DNA of 64,000 nt, from positions 1 to 64,000 of the forward strand of contig CAXXKA010000004.1 of NCBI GenBank assembly GCA_963668625.2, read 5' to 3'. Source of the stretch: an uncultured candidate division Zixibacteria bacterium. GTDB taxonomy: Bacteria; Zixibacteria; MSB-5A5; UBA10806; 4484-95. The position numbers and the translations under genes were made by a program. Below, piece after piece: positions 21,032-32,086 of this stretch. Position 1 is the first letter of the stretch, and each line of letters opens with the position of its first letter. The notes beneath the pieces are model-generated. The model did no database searches. It was given only the letters and a program-made list of their open reading frames with translations, and had not been told where the DNA came from.

Positions 21032-22966
21032 CTACCTGAATATGTAATAGCCTAATAAAGCCGCCACGCCGATTAAAAACACCAGCGCGTAGTTACGAAC
21101 ATAACCGGTGTGAATAATACGGAACCTCTCCGAGAGATTGCCGAAGAATCCGGCCACTCCGTTAACGATACCATCGACAATCCGAACATCGAATATTTTC
21201 CAGAAGATCAGCGATAGTATATAAAGCGGCTTAATTATCAAATAATCATATATCTCATCGACATAGTACTTGTTCAACAGAAGCTTGTACATGCCGGTGT
21301 ATTTTTCGGCCAGATTTTTAGGCTTTTCCGGATTTTTAATATACCACAGATATGCCATCGTAATACCGAAAAGCGCGGCTAATACCGAGGCGATAACGAA
21401 CATCCACTCGGTAGAGTGCGAAAAATGATGAATCGCGGCCTCGTGAGCCCCATGACCGTGTGCCCCAACAGAGGCAATAACCGGCTCTAGGAATTTATCG
21501 AACCAGGAACCGCCGCCCATCAGTTCCGGCAGCCCTATATAACCGCCGATTAAGGCCAGTAATGCCAGCACATAAAGGGGGATCAACATAACCCAGGGCG
21601 ACTCATGCAGATGTTTCGCGGCCTCGGGCTTAACCCTGGATTTGCCGTGGAACGTTAGATGAACCAGCCTGAACATGTAGAAAGCGGTCAGTATAGCAGC
21701 CAGGAATCCTAGCAACCAGTACCATGGGTTACCCATCGAAAACGCCTTCCAGAGTATCTCATCCTTGGAGAAGAAACCCGAGAAAAGCGGAATACCTGAT
21801 ATAGCCAGCGTACCTACGATGAATACGAAATAGGTATGCGGGATTTTCTTTTTCAGTCCACCCATAAAGCGCATATCCTGCTCGTTGCTCATGGCATGAA
21901 TTACCGAGCCGGAGCCGAGAAACAAAAGAGCTTTAAAAAACGCATGTGTCATCAGATGAAAAATACCGATACCGAACGCGCCCACGCCGCAGGCAAGGAA
22001 CATATATCCGAGTTGGCTGACCGTGGAATACGCCAGCACACGTTTGATATCGTTTTGTACCAGGCCGATAGTCGCGGCAAAAAGCGCGGTAGCTCCACCG
22101 ATTATGGCAACAACGGTCATGGCAGTCGGCGCCAGTACGAATACCGAAGATAACCGAGCCAGCATGTACACACCGGAAGTCACCATCGTGGCCGCGTGAA
22201 TGAGTGCCGATACGGGTGTCGGGCCCTCCATGGCATCCGGAAGCCAGACATATAAAGGTATCTGCGCCGATTTACCGGTAGCTCCCAAAAACAGCAGCAA
22301 GCCGATTGCGGTTACGATCCCGCCGCCGGCGACGAAAACCTCGGGAGCTTTGCTGGCGATCTCCTGGAAATTGAGCGTGCCAAGCTGCCAGAATAGAAGC
22401 ATGATAGCCAGAAGCACACCGAAATCGCCAATCCTGTTTACTACGAACGCTTTTTTGCCGGCATCGGAGGCCGATTTTTTGTGGAACCAGAATCCGATAA
22501 GCAGATACGAGCACAAACCGACTCCCTCCCAGCCGACGAACATCAGCAGAAGGTTATCCGCCAGCACGAGTGTCAGCATGGCGAAAGTAAACAGGTTCAG
22601 GTAAGCGAAATATCGTGAATAGCCCTTATCGTGGGCCATATAGCCGATCGAGTAGACATGTATCAGGAAAGCAACACCCGAAACAGTCAATACCATTACC
22701 GCCGAAAGTGGATCGAATAAGAAACTGACAGCGGTATTGAACGAGCCGACTACGATCCAGTCGAACACCTTTACCGTTATCTGGCGATGTCCCTCCTCCA
22801 TACCAAGAATATGAAAAAAGGCGATAACTCCCATCACGAACGACAAGAATACCGAGCCGCAAGCAAGGATATTAACTATCGGCTTAGGCAGCTTTTTATT
22901 CAGTAGCCCGTTGATAAGAAACGCCACCAGCGGGAATGCCGGTATTAATGCAACGTAGGTTTCCAT
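21032..22966 (-). CDS. nuoL: NADH-quinone oxidoreductase subunit L
   Basis: GWEGVGLCSYLLIGFW, GKSAQIPLYVWLPDAMEGPTPVSALIHAATMV. Confidence 0.97.
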   Translation of the reverse strand: METYVALIPAFPLVAFLINGLLNKKLPKPIVNILACGSVFLSFVMGVIAFFHILGMEEGHRQITVKVFDWIVVGSFNTAVSFLFDPLSAVMVLTVSGVAFLIHVYSIGYMAHDKGYSRYFAYLNLFTFAMLTLVLADNLLLMFVGWEGVGLCSYLLIGFWFHKKSASDAGKKAFVVNRIGDFGVLLAIMLLFWQLGTLNFQEIASKAPEVFVAGGGIVTAIGLLLFLGATGKSAQIPLYVWLPDAMEGPTPVSALIHAATMVTSGVYMLARLSSVFVLAPTAMTVVAIIGGATALFAATIGLVQNDIKRVLAYSTVSQLGYMFLACGVGAFGIGIFHLMTHAFFKALLFLGSGSVIHAMSNEQDMRFMGGLKKKIPHTYFVFIVGTLAISGIPLFSGFFSKDEILWKAFSMGNPWYWLLGFLAAILTAFYMFRLVHLTFHGKSRVKPEAAKHLHESPWVMLIPLYVLALLALIGGYIGLPELMGGGSWFDKFLEPVIASVGAHGHGAHEAAIHHFSHSTEWMFVIASVLAALFGITMAYLWYIKNPEKPKNLAEKYTGMYKLLLNKYYVDEIYDYLIIKPLYILSLIFWKIFDVRIVDGIVNGVAGFFGNLSERFRIIHTGYVRNYALVFLIGVAALLGYYIFR

Positions 22967-22976
22967 AAGAGTTCAA

Positions 22977-23279
22977 TCACCATTTCATTATGTTGATATC
23001 ATCAACATTTACTGTTTCTTTCTTCCTGTAAATAGCCACGATAATAGCCAATCCTACCGCCACCTCGGCGGCCGCCACGGCCATCACCAAAAATACGAAC
23101 ACCTGTCCGGAAAAATCTTTAAAATAGCTCGAAAACGCCATAAGGGTAATATTGACAGCGTTTAACATCAGCTCGATACTCATGAATATGATAATGGCGT
23201 TACGGTTCCTGAGCACACCGTAAACTCCCACCGCGAAAAGTATCGCCGAAAGTACCAGGTAATTATTCAGGGGCGCCAT
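22977..23279 (-). CDS. nuoK: NADH-quinone oxidoreductase subunit K
   Basis: [19 protein letters not shown]. Confidence 0.96.
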   Translation of the reverse strand: MAPLNNYLVLSAILFAVGVYGVLRNRNAIIIFMSIELMLNAVNITLMAFSSYFKDFSGQVFVFLVMAVAAAEVAVGLAIIVAIYRKKETVNVDDINIMKW

Positions 23280-23779
23280 TAGTATTCACCTTTCTTTCTG
23301 GCCAGTACGACAGCACCGATAATCGCCGCCAGTAAAAGCACGCCGACAATCTCGAACGGATAGAGATAATCATAAAACAGCTTTTGAGCAAGCGGTTTGA
23401 TAGCTCCCATCGATTCATTCACGGGCTGCCCCGGTTGTGCGGGGAACCTGGTAGTGATTATTATCACCTGAACCAGAAACAGTATGCCGACCACGAATGC
23501 GAACACGCGCTGGAATATTCTGGAGTCGAACCCGAACTCATCGCACTTGAGATTCAACATCATGACTACGAACAGGAACAACACCATGATCGCTCCGGCA
23601 TATACGATTATTTGCAGGGCGGCAATGAAAAACGACCCCAACTGTACGAACAGCCCGGCAATCGTGCACATTGTCACTACCAGATAAATAGCGGCATGCA
23701 CTGCGTTTTTCCGGGTGACAACCATTAGTGCGGAGGCAATCGCGATAGCTCCGAGTATGTAGAAAATCACATCAGACAT
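23279..23779 (-). CDS. nuoJ: NADH-quinone oxidoreductase subunit J
   Basis: [22 protein letters not shown]. Confidence 0.95.
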   Translation of the reverse strand: MSDVIFYILGAIAIASALMVVTRKNAVHAAIYLVVTMCTIAGLFVQLGSFFIAALQIIVYAGAIMVLFLFVVMMLNLKCDEFGFDSRIFQRVFAFVVGILFLVQVIIITTRFPAQPGQPVNESMGAIKPLAQKLFYDYLYPFEIVGVLLLAAIIGAVVLARKKGEY

Positions 23780-23784
23780 AATCT

Positions 23785-24300
23785 TTAATGTAAGCCCTCA
23801 GCCGGTTTCTTGAACTGGAATTTCTCCTGCCTGATAAACGGCTTGAATTTTTTGGCTACTCTATCCTTTTCTAATTTATCGAAATTCGCTAACAGCATTT
23901 CCTTGGTATAGATAAAATTATCACGCTGATCGGCGGAGAATTCGAATTCGTGGCCGAGGAATATCGCCTCCTCCGGGCAAGCCTCCTCGCACATACCGCA
24001 GAAAATACAGCGCAGTTCGTTGATCTCGTAAACTTTGGCGTATCTCTCGCCCGCTTCCGTTTCCGCCGGCTCCATGTAAATAGCATCAGCCGGGCAAGCG
24101 GCGGCGCACAGGCCACAGCAAACACAGCGTTCTGAGCCATCATCATAACGGGTTAAATAGTGAAGTCCCCGGTAGCGCGGCGCGAGATCCGGCTTGACCT
24201 CGGGATATTCGATTGTTACGCTCTTTTTGAAAAAATGGCTGAACGTGATCGAAAGGCCTTTTGGTATCGCCAGGAAATACGATTTAAATGCAGTCCACAT
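23785..24300 (-). CDS. nuoI: NADH-quinone oxidoreductase subunit I
   Basis: Two CxxCxxCxxxCP ferredoxin motifs; RYRG.H. Confidence 0.96.
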   Translation of the reverse strand: MWTAFKSYFLAIPKGLSITFSHFFKKSVTIEYPEVKPDLAPRYRGLHYLTRYDDGSERCVCCGLCAAACPADAIYMEPAETEAGERYAKVYEINELRCIFCGMCEEACPEEAIFLGHEFEFSADQRDNFIYTKEMLLANFDKLEKDRVAKKFKPFIRQEKFQFKKPAEGLH

Positions 24301-24303
24301 AAG

Positions 24304-25302
24304 CTAAACACCCTTAAGTAGCATTATCACTGCCGTAACAATGACATTAGCTAAGGCTATCGGGAATAAAACCAGCCAGCCGAATCGCATGAGCTGGTCG
24401 TATCTCAATCTAGGTAACGTACCCCTGAGCCAGACATAAAGGAACATGAAAGCCCAGGTTTTTATCACGAACCAAATAATTGGCGGCAGGAACGGTCCTG
24501 ACCAACCGCCGAAGAACAATGCCGAGGCAAACATCGAAACGACAAGCATATGAGCGTATTCGCCTAAGAAAAATAGAGCGAATCTCATGCCGGCGTACTC
24601 TGTCTGGTAACCGGCTACGAGTTCAGATTCGGCCTCGGGTAAGTCGAACGGAATTCTGTTGGACTCCGCTATGGAACAGATTATAAATATCAAAAAGCCC
24701 ACCGGTTGACGGAAGAAATACCAGTTGAGTATCGATCCGTCCTGCTGGCGAACTATTTCAGCCAACGAAAATGTCTCGGACAGCATCAGCACACCGACTA
24801 TGGAAAGTCCCAACCCGATCTCGTAGCTGATCATCTGGGCCGAGCCGCGTAAGCCGCCTAAAAGCGAGTATTTTGAGTTCGATGCCCAGCCCGCCAATAC
24901 CACGCCATAGACACTCAATGAACCCATCGCCAGAATGAATAGCATACCGATATTGATATCCGAGATCACCAGTTGTATCTCATGTCCTGCAATCGTAACA
25001 TTATCTCCGATCGGGATAACCGCGATAGATAGTACCGCCGGTACGAATGCCATCATCGGAGCTAATGAGAACAATAACTTGTTGGTGGCGTTCATCGGCA
25101 GAAAAGTCTCCTTGAACAACAGCTTGACCGCATCGGCAATTGGCTGCAATAAGCCGAAGATACCCACACGGTTCGGGCCTTTCCTGTCCTGTATCAAGGC
25201 TACCACGCGACGCTCGAACCAGGTAGCGTAAGCCACGAAAGTCAGGAGCATGGCGAATACGACCACCACTTTAACGACATCTATTATTATCGAAATCCAC
25301 AT
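24304..25302 (-). CDS. nuoH: NADH-quinone oxidoreductase subunit H
   Basis: GPNRVG, QMISYE, PFDLPEAESELVAGY. Confidence 0.97.
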   Translation of the reverse strand: MWISIIIDVVKVVVVFAMLLTFVAYATWFERRVVALIQDRKGPNRVGIFGLLQPIADAVKLLFKETFLPMNATNKLLFSLAPMMAFVPAVLSIAVIPIGDNVTIAGHEIQLVISDINIGMLFILAMGSLSVYGVVLAGWASNSKYSLLGGLRGSAQMISYEIGLGLSIVGVLMLSETFSLAEIVRQQDGSILNWYFFRQPVGFLIFIICSIAESNRIPFDLPEAESELVAGYQTEYAGMRFALFFLGEYAHMLVVSMFASALFFGGWSGPFLPPIIWFVIKTWAFMFLYVWLRGTLPRLRYDQLMRFGWLVLFPIALANVIVTAVIMLLKGV

Positions 25303-25304
25303 AT

Positions 25305-27680
25305 CTAAGCCTTGCTGATTTTAGCATACACCGGCTTATTATAGCCAGCCATAAATTTATTCGGCGGATTATCATCCGAATACCCGGCAATCACCAGGCA
25401 TCCGGGCTCGACACAGGAGCTTAACACCAGTTCGAACGATCCGGTTACGCCCTTATCAGTCTCCAGAATCACATTCTGGCCGTTTACGTATTCGGCATGT
25501 GCGGCAACCTGGGGATGGATAAGCAATTTTTGATCGGGTGTCAGCTTTTTTAATGTCTCGGACATCCGGGTGACGCCTGATGCGCCATAGTAAACCGAGC
25601 GGGCAAACGATAGCACGAACGGATGTTGTCCGGGCGGAGTGATATCGATATCATCACTATCAATAACTTTTATTTCTGAAGCTGCAATTATCTCGCCCTC
25701 GGATTTGCCGTATTCTAAGCCTTTAAACGAATCGATCTTCTCGGCCATCTTACCGAACACCTCCGAGGCCGAATAATACAACAATTCGCCGTCGATCTCG
25801 GTTTTAACATCGGTTAACAGGTTAAATGCTGAAGTTACGCCGCGTGCTCGAGTGTATGGCTTTTTCATGAACTGCAAGCGGCGTTCTATATTAAGATACG
25901 ATCCCGAATTCTCCGGCGGTAACAATGAAGGCAATACCAGTGCGGCATGTTTGGCGGTATCGTTATTAAACGCACCCCAGTAGATAAGATAGTCGAGTTT
26001 CGCAAACGCTTTTTCGATACGCGCTCTATCAGGATAAACATTGACCGGATCGCCACCGGCGACGAATAACGACTTTATCTCACCCTTCTCGATTTTCTCG
26101 ATAACTTGATCGAAAGAGCAATTCGGCGAACCCACCGCTTTAACACCGAGATAGTTCGATTCAGTAGTCAGCAGTGAAAGCTTTGCATTAAGTACTTTTT
26201 CTAACTTCTTGGCTTTTTTAACGGTACCGAAGTGTCTCGGATTGTTTATTGTATCATACCCGGCCTGTATCAATATGCTTTTAGCTTTATCGATATGACG
26301 CTTGAACTGCTCTTTTATATTGTCAGGAAGATTATTTTCCTGCATGTTTTTCAAATTAATAATATCTTCGATAGCTCTTTCCATCTCGCCGGGCTTAACG
26401 ATTATGTTGTTTACCCCGAAGCGGCCGAGATAGTTCATGCGGGTACCTAAGAAATAGACCGATGCGCCTTTCTGAATCGCCCGCTTAATCCTAAGGCCAA
26501 GAATTGGATGCTCGGCTGCCAAATCGCAACCGATTATAATATGTAAATCGCCCTGCTCCACTTCGGCCATGGTCGTTGAAAGCCCCAGGCTCGAAACAGG
26601 CATATCGATCGGGATATCAAGTTCGGATGTAATCGCTATCGAGGCGCCTCTGTGTTTGGTATCGAAATATTCAGAAACGCTGAAAGCTTCCTCGTTGGTA
26701 AGTGATGTATCAAGAAGCACTCCCCAACCGGAACTCTTTTCCTCGCTGAAACGATGAACGATTCGAGCGATGGCATCATCATATGTAATTCTCTGCAAAC
26801 CACCGTTATCTTTGCCGAGCGGCGCAAGTATTCTATCGGGATGTGAGGTGATATCAAAACTATAACGATCTTTATCCGATAAGAATCCCATCTCGACAGC
26901 ATCATTCCGTCTACTGTAGTGGCGGTATATCTTGCCCTGGTTATGATGTACCGTGATATTCGCGCCATCCGGGCAAACCCAGCTAACCGAGTTCTGGCTC
27001 TCCAGAAGCCAGTTACGTATCTTATAACGGAACGAGTCGGACATCAACGCGCCTACCGGGCAGTACTCGACCGTATTGCCGGAAAACTCGTTGGCATACA
27101 TCACCTCGGCGGGTATGTCCACGCGGGCAAGGGCACCGCGATGGAATATGCCGAGATCATCACCACCGGCCAAATCGCGGGCTATACGCACGCATTTAAA
27201 GCAGATGATGCATCTATTCTTATTCATCCAGATTTCCGGGCCAAGCTTCTTATCATCAAACTTCATCTGGAAATCATCCCGGAAACGAATCTTATCCTCA
27301 TCATAGCGAGAGGTTGGCGGGCCATAAGCCACGGTCATGTTCTGTAACGGGCACTCGCCGCCTTTATCGCAGGTCGGGCAATCCAGCGGATGGTTAAGGA
27401 GCAGGAATTCCAGTACGCCTTTACGAGCTTTAACCACTTTCTCCGAATTGGTGTGTACCACCATATTAGGACCAACCGGCGTAGCGCACGAGGCGATAAG
27501 CTTAGGGGCTTTCTCCACTTCGACCAAACACAGCCTGCAGGCGCCCACCGATTTCAGACGGTCATCATAGCAGAAAGTAGGTATTTCGATACCCAGTTTC
27601 CGGGCCGCCTCGATAATCAGAGTGCCGGGTTCGACCTCGATTTCCTTGCCATCAATCGTAAGTTTGATTAAATCCGCCAT
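25305..27680 (-). CDS. nuoG: NADH-quinone oxidoreductase subunit G
   Basis: N-terminal 2Fe-2S (CY...GACRLC...C), HPLDCPTCDKGGECPLQ, CIICFKC; operon position. Confidence 0.93.
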   Translation of the reverse strand: MADLIKLTIDGKEIEVEPGTLIIEAARKLGIEIPTFCYDDRLKSVGACRLCLVEVEKAPKLIASCATPVGPNMVVHTNSEKVVKARKGVLEFLLLNHPLDCPTCDKGGECPLQNMTVAYGPPTSRYDEDKIRFRDDFQMKFDDKKLGPEIWMNKNRCIICFKCVRIARDLAGGDDLGIFHRGALARVDIPAEVMYANEFSGNTVEYCPVGALMSDSFRYKIRNWLLESQNSVSWVCPDGANITVHHNQGKIYRHYSRRNDAVEMGFLSDKDRYSFDITSHPDRILAPLGKDNGGLQRITYDDAIARIVHRFSEEKSSGWGVLLDTSLTNEEAFSVSEYFDTKHRGASIAITSELDIPIDMPVSSLGLSTTMAEVEQGDLHIIIGCDLAAEHPILGLRIKRAIQKGASVYFLGTRMNYLGRFGVNNIIVKPGEMERAIEDIINLKNMQENNLPDNIKEQFKRHIDKAKSILIQAGYDTINNPRHFGTVKKAKKLEKVLNAKLSLLTTESNYLGVKAVGSPNCSFDQVIEKIEKGEIKSLFVAGGDPVNVYPDRARIEKAFAKLDYLIYWGAFNNDTAKHAALVLPSLLPPENSGSYLNIERRLQFMKKPYTRARGVTSAFNLLTDVKTEIDGELLYYSASEVFGKMAEKIDSFKGLEYGKSEGEIIAASEIKVIDSDDIDITPPGQHPFVLSFARSVYYGASGVTRMSETLKKLTPDQKLLIHPQVAAHAEYVNGQNVILETDKGVTGSFELVLSSCVEPGCLVIAGYSDDNPPNKFMAGYNKPVYAKISKA

Positions 27681-27683
27681 TTA

Positions 27684-28964
27684 TTACATGAACCTCTTGC
27701 CTAACGAGACGAGGCATTTTTTCTCTTTAATATGATATTCATACTCATCACGGAATTGTTTTATGGATGTTCTCACGGCCGGTACGGCAGCATCGCCTAA
27801 CGGACAGATCGTGTTACCCTCGATATTATCACAAACATCCAGAAGCAAATCGAGATCCTCCATCTTCCCTTTGCCGTGCTCTATACGCTCCAGAACCCGG
27901 TACATCCAGGTAGTGCCCTGACGGCATGGAGTGCACTGGCCGCATGATTCGTGACGGTAGAAACGGCTTATCACCATCGCCGCGTGGACGATACAGGTGT
28001 TCTCGTCCATCACGATAACCGCCGCCGAGCCGAGCATGGAACCCGCCTCCGCCAGCGATTCGAAATCCATCCTAACATCTATCTTATCAGCTTTTAAAAT
28101 CGGAACGGATGAACCGCCGGGTATGACCGCTTTCAGGTTAGCGTCATTGCGAATACCGCCGGCATGCTCGTAAAGCAGCTCGCGCAGAGACGTGCCCATC
28201 GGCAGCTCGTAGTTGCCGGGCTTGTTGACATGCCCGGAGACACAATAAATTTTCGAGCCGGTCGATCTCTCCGTACCCATCGACTTGAACCACTCTGCGC
28301 CGTTATTGACGATATGCGGCACATTCGAGAGTGTTTCAACATTATTGATGATAGTAGGGCAACCGTACAATCCCGCAACTGCCGGGAACGGTGGCTTGAC
28401 ACGAGGATAACCCTTGCCGCCCTCGAGCGATGTCATCAGTGCGGTTTCCTCACCGCAAATATATGCGCCGCCGCCTCGATATACGCTGATCTTAAGATCG
28501 AACCCGGTGCCGAGTATATTTTCGCCGACATAGCCTTTGTTTTTAGCCTCGTCTATAGCTTTTTGTATCTGACGGGCTTCCTCGGCGAACTCGCCTCTTA
28601 TGTATATAAAGGCGTGATGGCAACCGATAGCAAACGAGGTGATGATCGTACCCTCCACTACCGTATGCGGGTGTAGAAGCATCAGCTCGCGGTCTTTAAA
28701 CGTGCCCGGCTCCGATTCATCGGCATTGACACAGAGATAGATTGGCTTGCCGGTGCCTTTGGCCAGGAAACCCCATTTGACTCCGGCCGGGAAACCAGCT
28801 CCGCCTCGTCCGCGAAGTCCCGAGTCTTTGACCTCGGCGGTTACCTCCTCGGGCGTCATCTGTTTCAATGCCTTGCGAAGCGCGGTATATCCGCCATGCT
28901 TCTCGTAAACATCGATCTTGTCGTGATCTTCTATAGGGACTAGAAGGAATGGCTCGAAGCTCAT
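27684..28964 (-). CDS. nuoF: NADH-quinone oxidoreductase subunit F
   Basis: GLRGRGGAGFP, NADESEPGTFKDR, ESCGQCTPCR. Confidence 0.97.
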   Translation of the reverse strand: MSFEPFLLVPIEDHDKIDVYEKHGGYTALRKALKQMTPEEVTAEVKDSGLRGRGGAGFPAGVKWGFLAKGTGKPIYLCVNADESEPGTFKDRELMLLHPHTVVEGTIITSFAIGCHHAFIYIRGEFAEEARQIQKAIDEAKNKGYVGENILGTGFDLKISVYRGGGAYICGEETALMTSLEGGKGYPRVKPPFPAVAGLYGCPTIINNVETLSNVPHIVNNGAEWFKSMGTERSTGSKIYCVSGHVNKPGNYELPMGTSLRELLYEHAGGIRNDANLKAVIPGGSSVPILKADKIDVRMDFESLAEAGSMLGSAAVIVMDENTCIVHAAMVISRFYRHESCGQCTPCRQGTTWMYRVLERIEHGKGKMEDLDLLLDVCDNIEGNTICPLGDAAVPAVRTSIKQFRDEYEYHIKEKKCLVSLGKRFM

Positions 28965-29455
28965 GCCTGTGCCCTCAAATCAGCTAAAATTTTGTCAACT
29001 TTTTCACGAGTTAAATATTCATAATACTTATCATTGATCTGCATCATAGGCGCGCCGCCGCAAGCCCCCAGACATTCCACCACAACAAGGGTGAACATCT
29101 TGTCCTCGGTAGTCTCACCTAATTTGATACCGAGCTTCTCGGATAAATAAGCGGTAAGCTCCTCGGCGCCCATCAGGGTGCAACAAATATTCTGGCAAAC
29201 CTGAATTAGATACTTGCCCACCGGTTTGAGCGGGAACATGGTGTAGAATGTAGCGGCTTCCTCGAGAAATACCCTGGACACCCCCACGTAATCGGCGGCC
29301 TCCTCGATAGCTTTCTCATCGAGATAACCCATCTGGTCATATATCACATGAAGCGCCATGAGGGTTACGGATTTCCTTTCGGGGAACTCATCCTTTAGCG
29401 CCTCCAGGCGATCGTATGACTCTTTGGTAAGTATCTTCTTCTTAGAATCTTCCAT
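28961..29455 (-). CDS. nuoE: NADH-quinone oxidoreductase subunit E
   Basis: TFYTMF, VCQNICC, ECLGAC. Confidence 0.95.
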   Translation of the reverse strand: MEDSKKKILTKESYDRLEALKDEFPERKSVTLMALHVIYDQMGYLDEKAIEEAADYVGVSRVFLEEAATFYTMFPLKPVGKYLIQVCQNICCTLMGAEELTAYLSEKLGIKLGETTEDKMFTLVVVECLGACGGAPMMQINDKYYEYLTREKVDKILADLRAQA

Positions 29456-29457
29456 AA

Positions 29458-30627
29458 TTATCTATCAACCTCGCCCAGCACGATATCTGTCGTACCGATC
29501 AGAGCGATTAAATCGGAAATCATCATACCTTTAGCCAGCTTGTTCAAAGCCGAGATATTAATAAACGAAGGCGGCCTGAAATGTACCCGATACGGCCTCG
29601 GTGAACCATCACTGACAACATAACAGCCGATCTCCCCTTTCGGAGATTCTATCGAGACGTAAGCATCACCAACAGGCGGTTTAATACCCTCAGTCCAATA
29701 TTTAAAGTGATGAATTAACTGTTCCATGTTCTTGAGCACTTCATCTTTTGGAGGCGGCGCTACTTTTCTATCGGCGGTGATATACTGGCCATCGGGCATA
29801 CCTTCCATCGCCTGACGAATTATTCGCAATGATTGACGCATCTCCGCGACACGGCATTTGTACCTGTCGTAAGTATCGCCCTTTTCGCCTATCGGCACAT
29901 CGAAATCGAATTTATCGTAGCTGGAATACGGATTAGCCTTTCTGATATCCCAGTTAATACCGGAGGCGCGAAGCATCGGGCCGGAAAGCCCTGATTTGAT
30001 AGCCTCCTGCCCCGAGATAACGCCGACATCGATACATCGGCCTCTCCAGATCGGGTTTTCGGTCAGTAATCCCTCGTATTCATCTATTTTAGCGGGGAAA
30101 GTATCGAGAATATCTTTTACGGCGGCGTCGAATCCCTCGGGCAGGTCTTTAGCCAGCCCGCCTATCCTAAAATAGGTCGACATCATACGCACGCCGGAGC
30201 ACATTTCATAAATTTTAAGCACCTTTTCGCGCTCACGGAACGTGAATAGCATCATGGTGGCTGCGCCCATATCCGTGGCGTGGGTTCCCACCCATACCAG
30301 ATGCGAATTGAGGCGGGTAAGCTCGGCTAAAACCACACGGGCATATTGAGCTTTGAGCGGAACCTCGATACCCATCAGCTTTTCCACCGCCGAGACGAAC
30401 ACGAAATTGTTAGACATCGGAGAGAGATAATCCATGCGGTCGGTCATAGTGATCGCCTGGGTATATTTCTTGGCCTCCATGTTCTTTTCGATACCGGTGT
30501 GGAGATAGCCAACTATCGGTTCGGCATGGATGATAGTTTCGCCATCGAGGGTAAGCTGTACGCGAAGAACGCCGTGGGTGGCAGGATGCTGCGGCCCGAC
30601 ATTCAATGTCATATGCCTGGTCTTCAA
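29458..30627 (-). CDS. nuoD: NADH-quinone oxidoreductase subunit D
   Basis: [22 protein letters not shown] end. Confidence 0.97.
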   Translation of the reverse strand: MKTRHMTLNVGPQHPATHGVLRVQLTLDGETIIHAEPIVGYLHTGIEKNMEAKKYTQAITMTDRMDYLSPMSNNFVFVSAVEKLMGIEVPLKAQYARVVLAELTRLNSHLVWVGTHATDMGAATMMLFTFREREKVLKIYEMCSGVRMMSTYFRIGGLAKDLPEGFDAAVKDILDTFPAKIDEYEGLLTENPIWRGRCIDVGVISGQEAIKSGLSGPMLRASGINWDIRKANPYSSYDKFDFDVPIGEKGDTYDRYKCRVAEMRQSLRIIRQAMEGMPDGQYITADRKVAPPPKDEVLKNMEQLIHHFKYWTEGIKPPVGDAYVSIESPKGEIGCYVVSDGSPRPYRVHFRPPSFINISALNKLAKGMMISDLIALIGTTDIVLGEVDR

Positions 30628-31151
30628 TGCAGGTCCTCCCCCGGTGATTCATCTTTTAAAGTGATATTATCGCGGTTATGACTGAATTCCGGAGCTTCAT
30701 AAGTAAGCGGAAAATCCTTACGCTGCGGATACCCCACCCAATCATCATCCATGAGTACACGCCTCAAGTCGGGATGTCCCTCGAATTGGATACCGAACAT
30801 ATCGTAAACTTCGCGTTCCTGCCAATCCGCCGTATCCCAGAGCTCGGTCAAGCTGGGGACATTCTCGTTCTCATTGGCTTTCAGCTTTATCATAATGCGA
30901 TGATGCTGGACTATCGAATACAGCGAATAGACCACCTCGAATCGCTTGTCGCGTTCATCGAGATAGTCTGCGGCCGTAATCATAGAAAGAAAATTCAATT
31001 GCAGATCGGGATCGGTTTTAAGCCAACGACAAAGCTCCACGAAATTATCGGCTCTGGCATAAGCAACCAGATCACCGCGCACTATCTCGATAGACTCGAA
31101 ATCATTATTGCGGTTATTCTGTAAATGTTCTTTTATCTGATCTACCAGCAT
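30624..31151 (-). CDS. nuoC: NADH-quinone oxidoreductase subunit C
   Basis: [27 protein letters not shown]. Confidence 0.96.
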   Translation of the reverse strand: MLVDQIKEHLQNNRNNDFESIEIVRGDLVAYARADNFVELCRWLKTDPDLQLNFLSMITAADYLDERDKRFEVVYSLYSIVQHHRIMIKLKANENENVPSLTELWDTADWQEREVYDMFGIQFEGHPDLRRVLMDDDWVGYPQRKDFPLTYEAPEFSHNRDNITLKDESPGEDLH

Positions 31152-31630
31152 TAATCGTTCTTCTTGAATTTCTCGTTTTTAATTTTCTGGTGCAGCTTGA
31201 GGATTCCCTCGATAAGCTGTTCGGGACGAGGCGGGCAGCCCGGAATGTACATATCTACCGGTATCACCCTATCGACTCCCTGCACGATGGCGTAGTTGTT
31301 GAATATACCGCCGGATGAAGCACAGGCGCCCATCGAGATAACGTATTTCGGGTTGGGCATTTGCTCGTGAAGCTGTTTGATTATCGGGGCCATTCTCACC
31401 GATAACCGGCCGGCGACTATCATTAAATCGGCCTGCCTCGGTGAGGCACGCATGACCTCCATACCGAAACGCGCCAGATCATTGTGCGCAGCGAACGTAG
31501 ACATCATCTCGATAGCACAACAGGCAAGTCCAAAGCCCAATGGCCATAACGAGGAGCTTCTGGCCCAGCCGACCGCCTTTTCGACAGTGGTCAGCATGAT
31601 GCCTTCGGGTACGAACTTCTCTACTCCCAT
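31151..31630 (-). CDS. nuoB: NADH-quinone oxidoreductase subunit B
   Basis: [23 protein letters not shown]. Confidence 0.97.
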   Translation of the reverse strand: MGVEKFVPEGIMLTTVEKAVGWARSSSLWPLGFGLACCAIEMMSTFAAHNDLARFGMEVMRASPRQADLMIVAGRLSVRMAPIIKQLHEQMPNPKYVISMGACASSGGIFNNYAIVQGVDRVIPVDMYIPGCPPRPEQLIEGILKLHQKIKNEKFKKND

Positions 31631-31977
31631 TTTAACCCTCCCTTGCCAACAACATAAACGAAACCTAAGATGAGGAGGATCAGAAACACTCCCATAACGT
31701 TGAAACCGTACCAGCCCATTTCTTTATATTTGATTGCCCAGGGGTACATGAATACTACCTCGACATCAAAAACTACGAAATCGATAGCGATCAAAAAGAA
31801 TTTTATCGGGAATCTCTCCCGGGCATCGGTTTGCGGAATGATACCGCATTCGTACGGGCTAAGCTTACGGTTGCTGTGCGTTTTCCTGGCCAGTATATCC
31901 GGCAGATATAGCATAGCTATCGCCGTGATTACGGCCAGTGCGCCTAGTACGATTATTGGGAAAAGTGTTTCAAACAT
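31621..31977 (-). CDS. nuoA: NADH-quinone oxidoreductase subunit A
   Basis: [16 protein letters not shown]. Confidence 0.95.
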   Translation of the reverse strand: MFETLFPIIVLGALAVITAIAMLYLPDILARKTHSNRKLSPYECGIIPQTDARERFPIKFFLIAIDFVVFDVEVVFMYPWAIKYKEMGWYGFNVMGVFLILLILGFVYVVGKGGLKWE

Positions 31978-32086
31978 AACTTATAGTGTGATTAAATTCA
32001 CAAGCCCTCTTAAAACAAAAGCCGAAACGCCAATTTCGACTTAATTAAAATATTGGCTTGGAAAATACCACAGGTCTAAAATGTTG

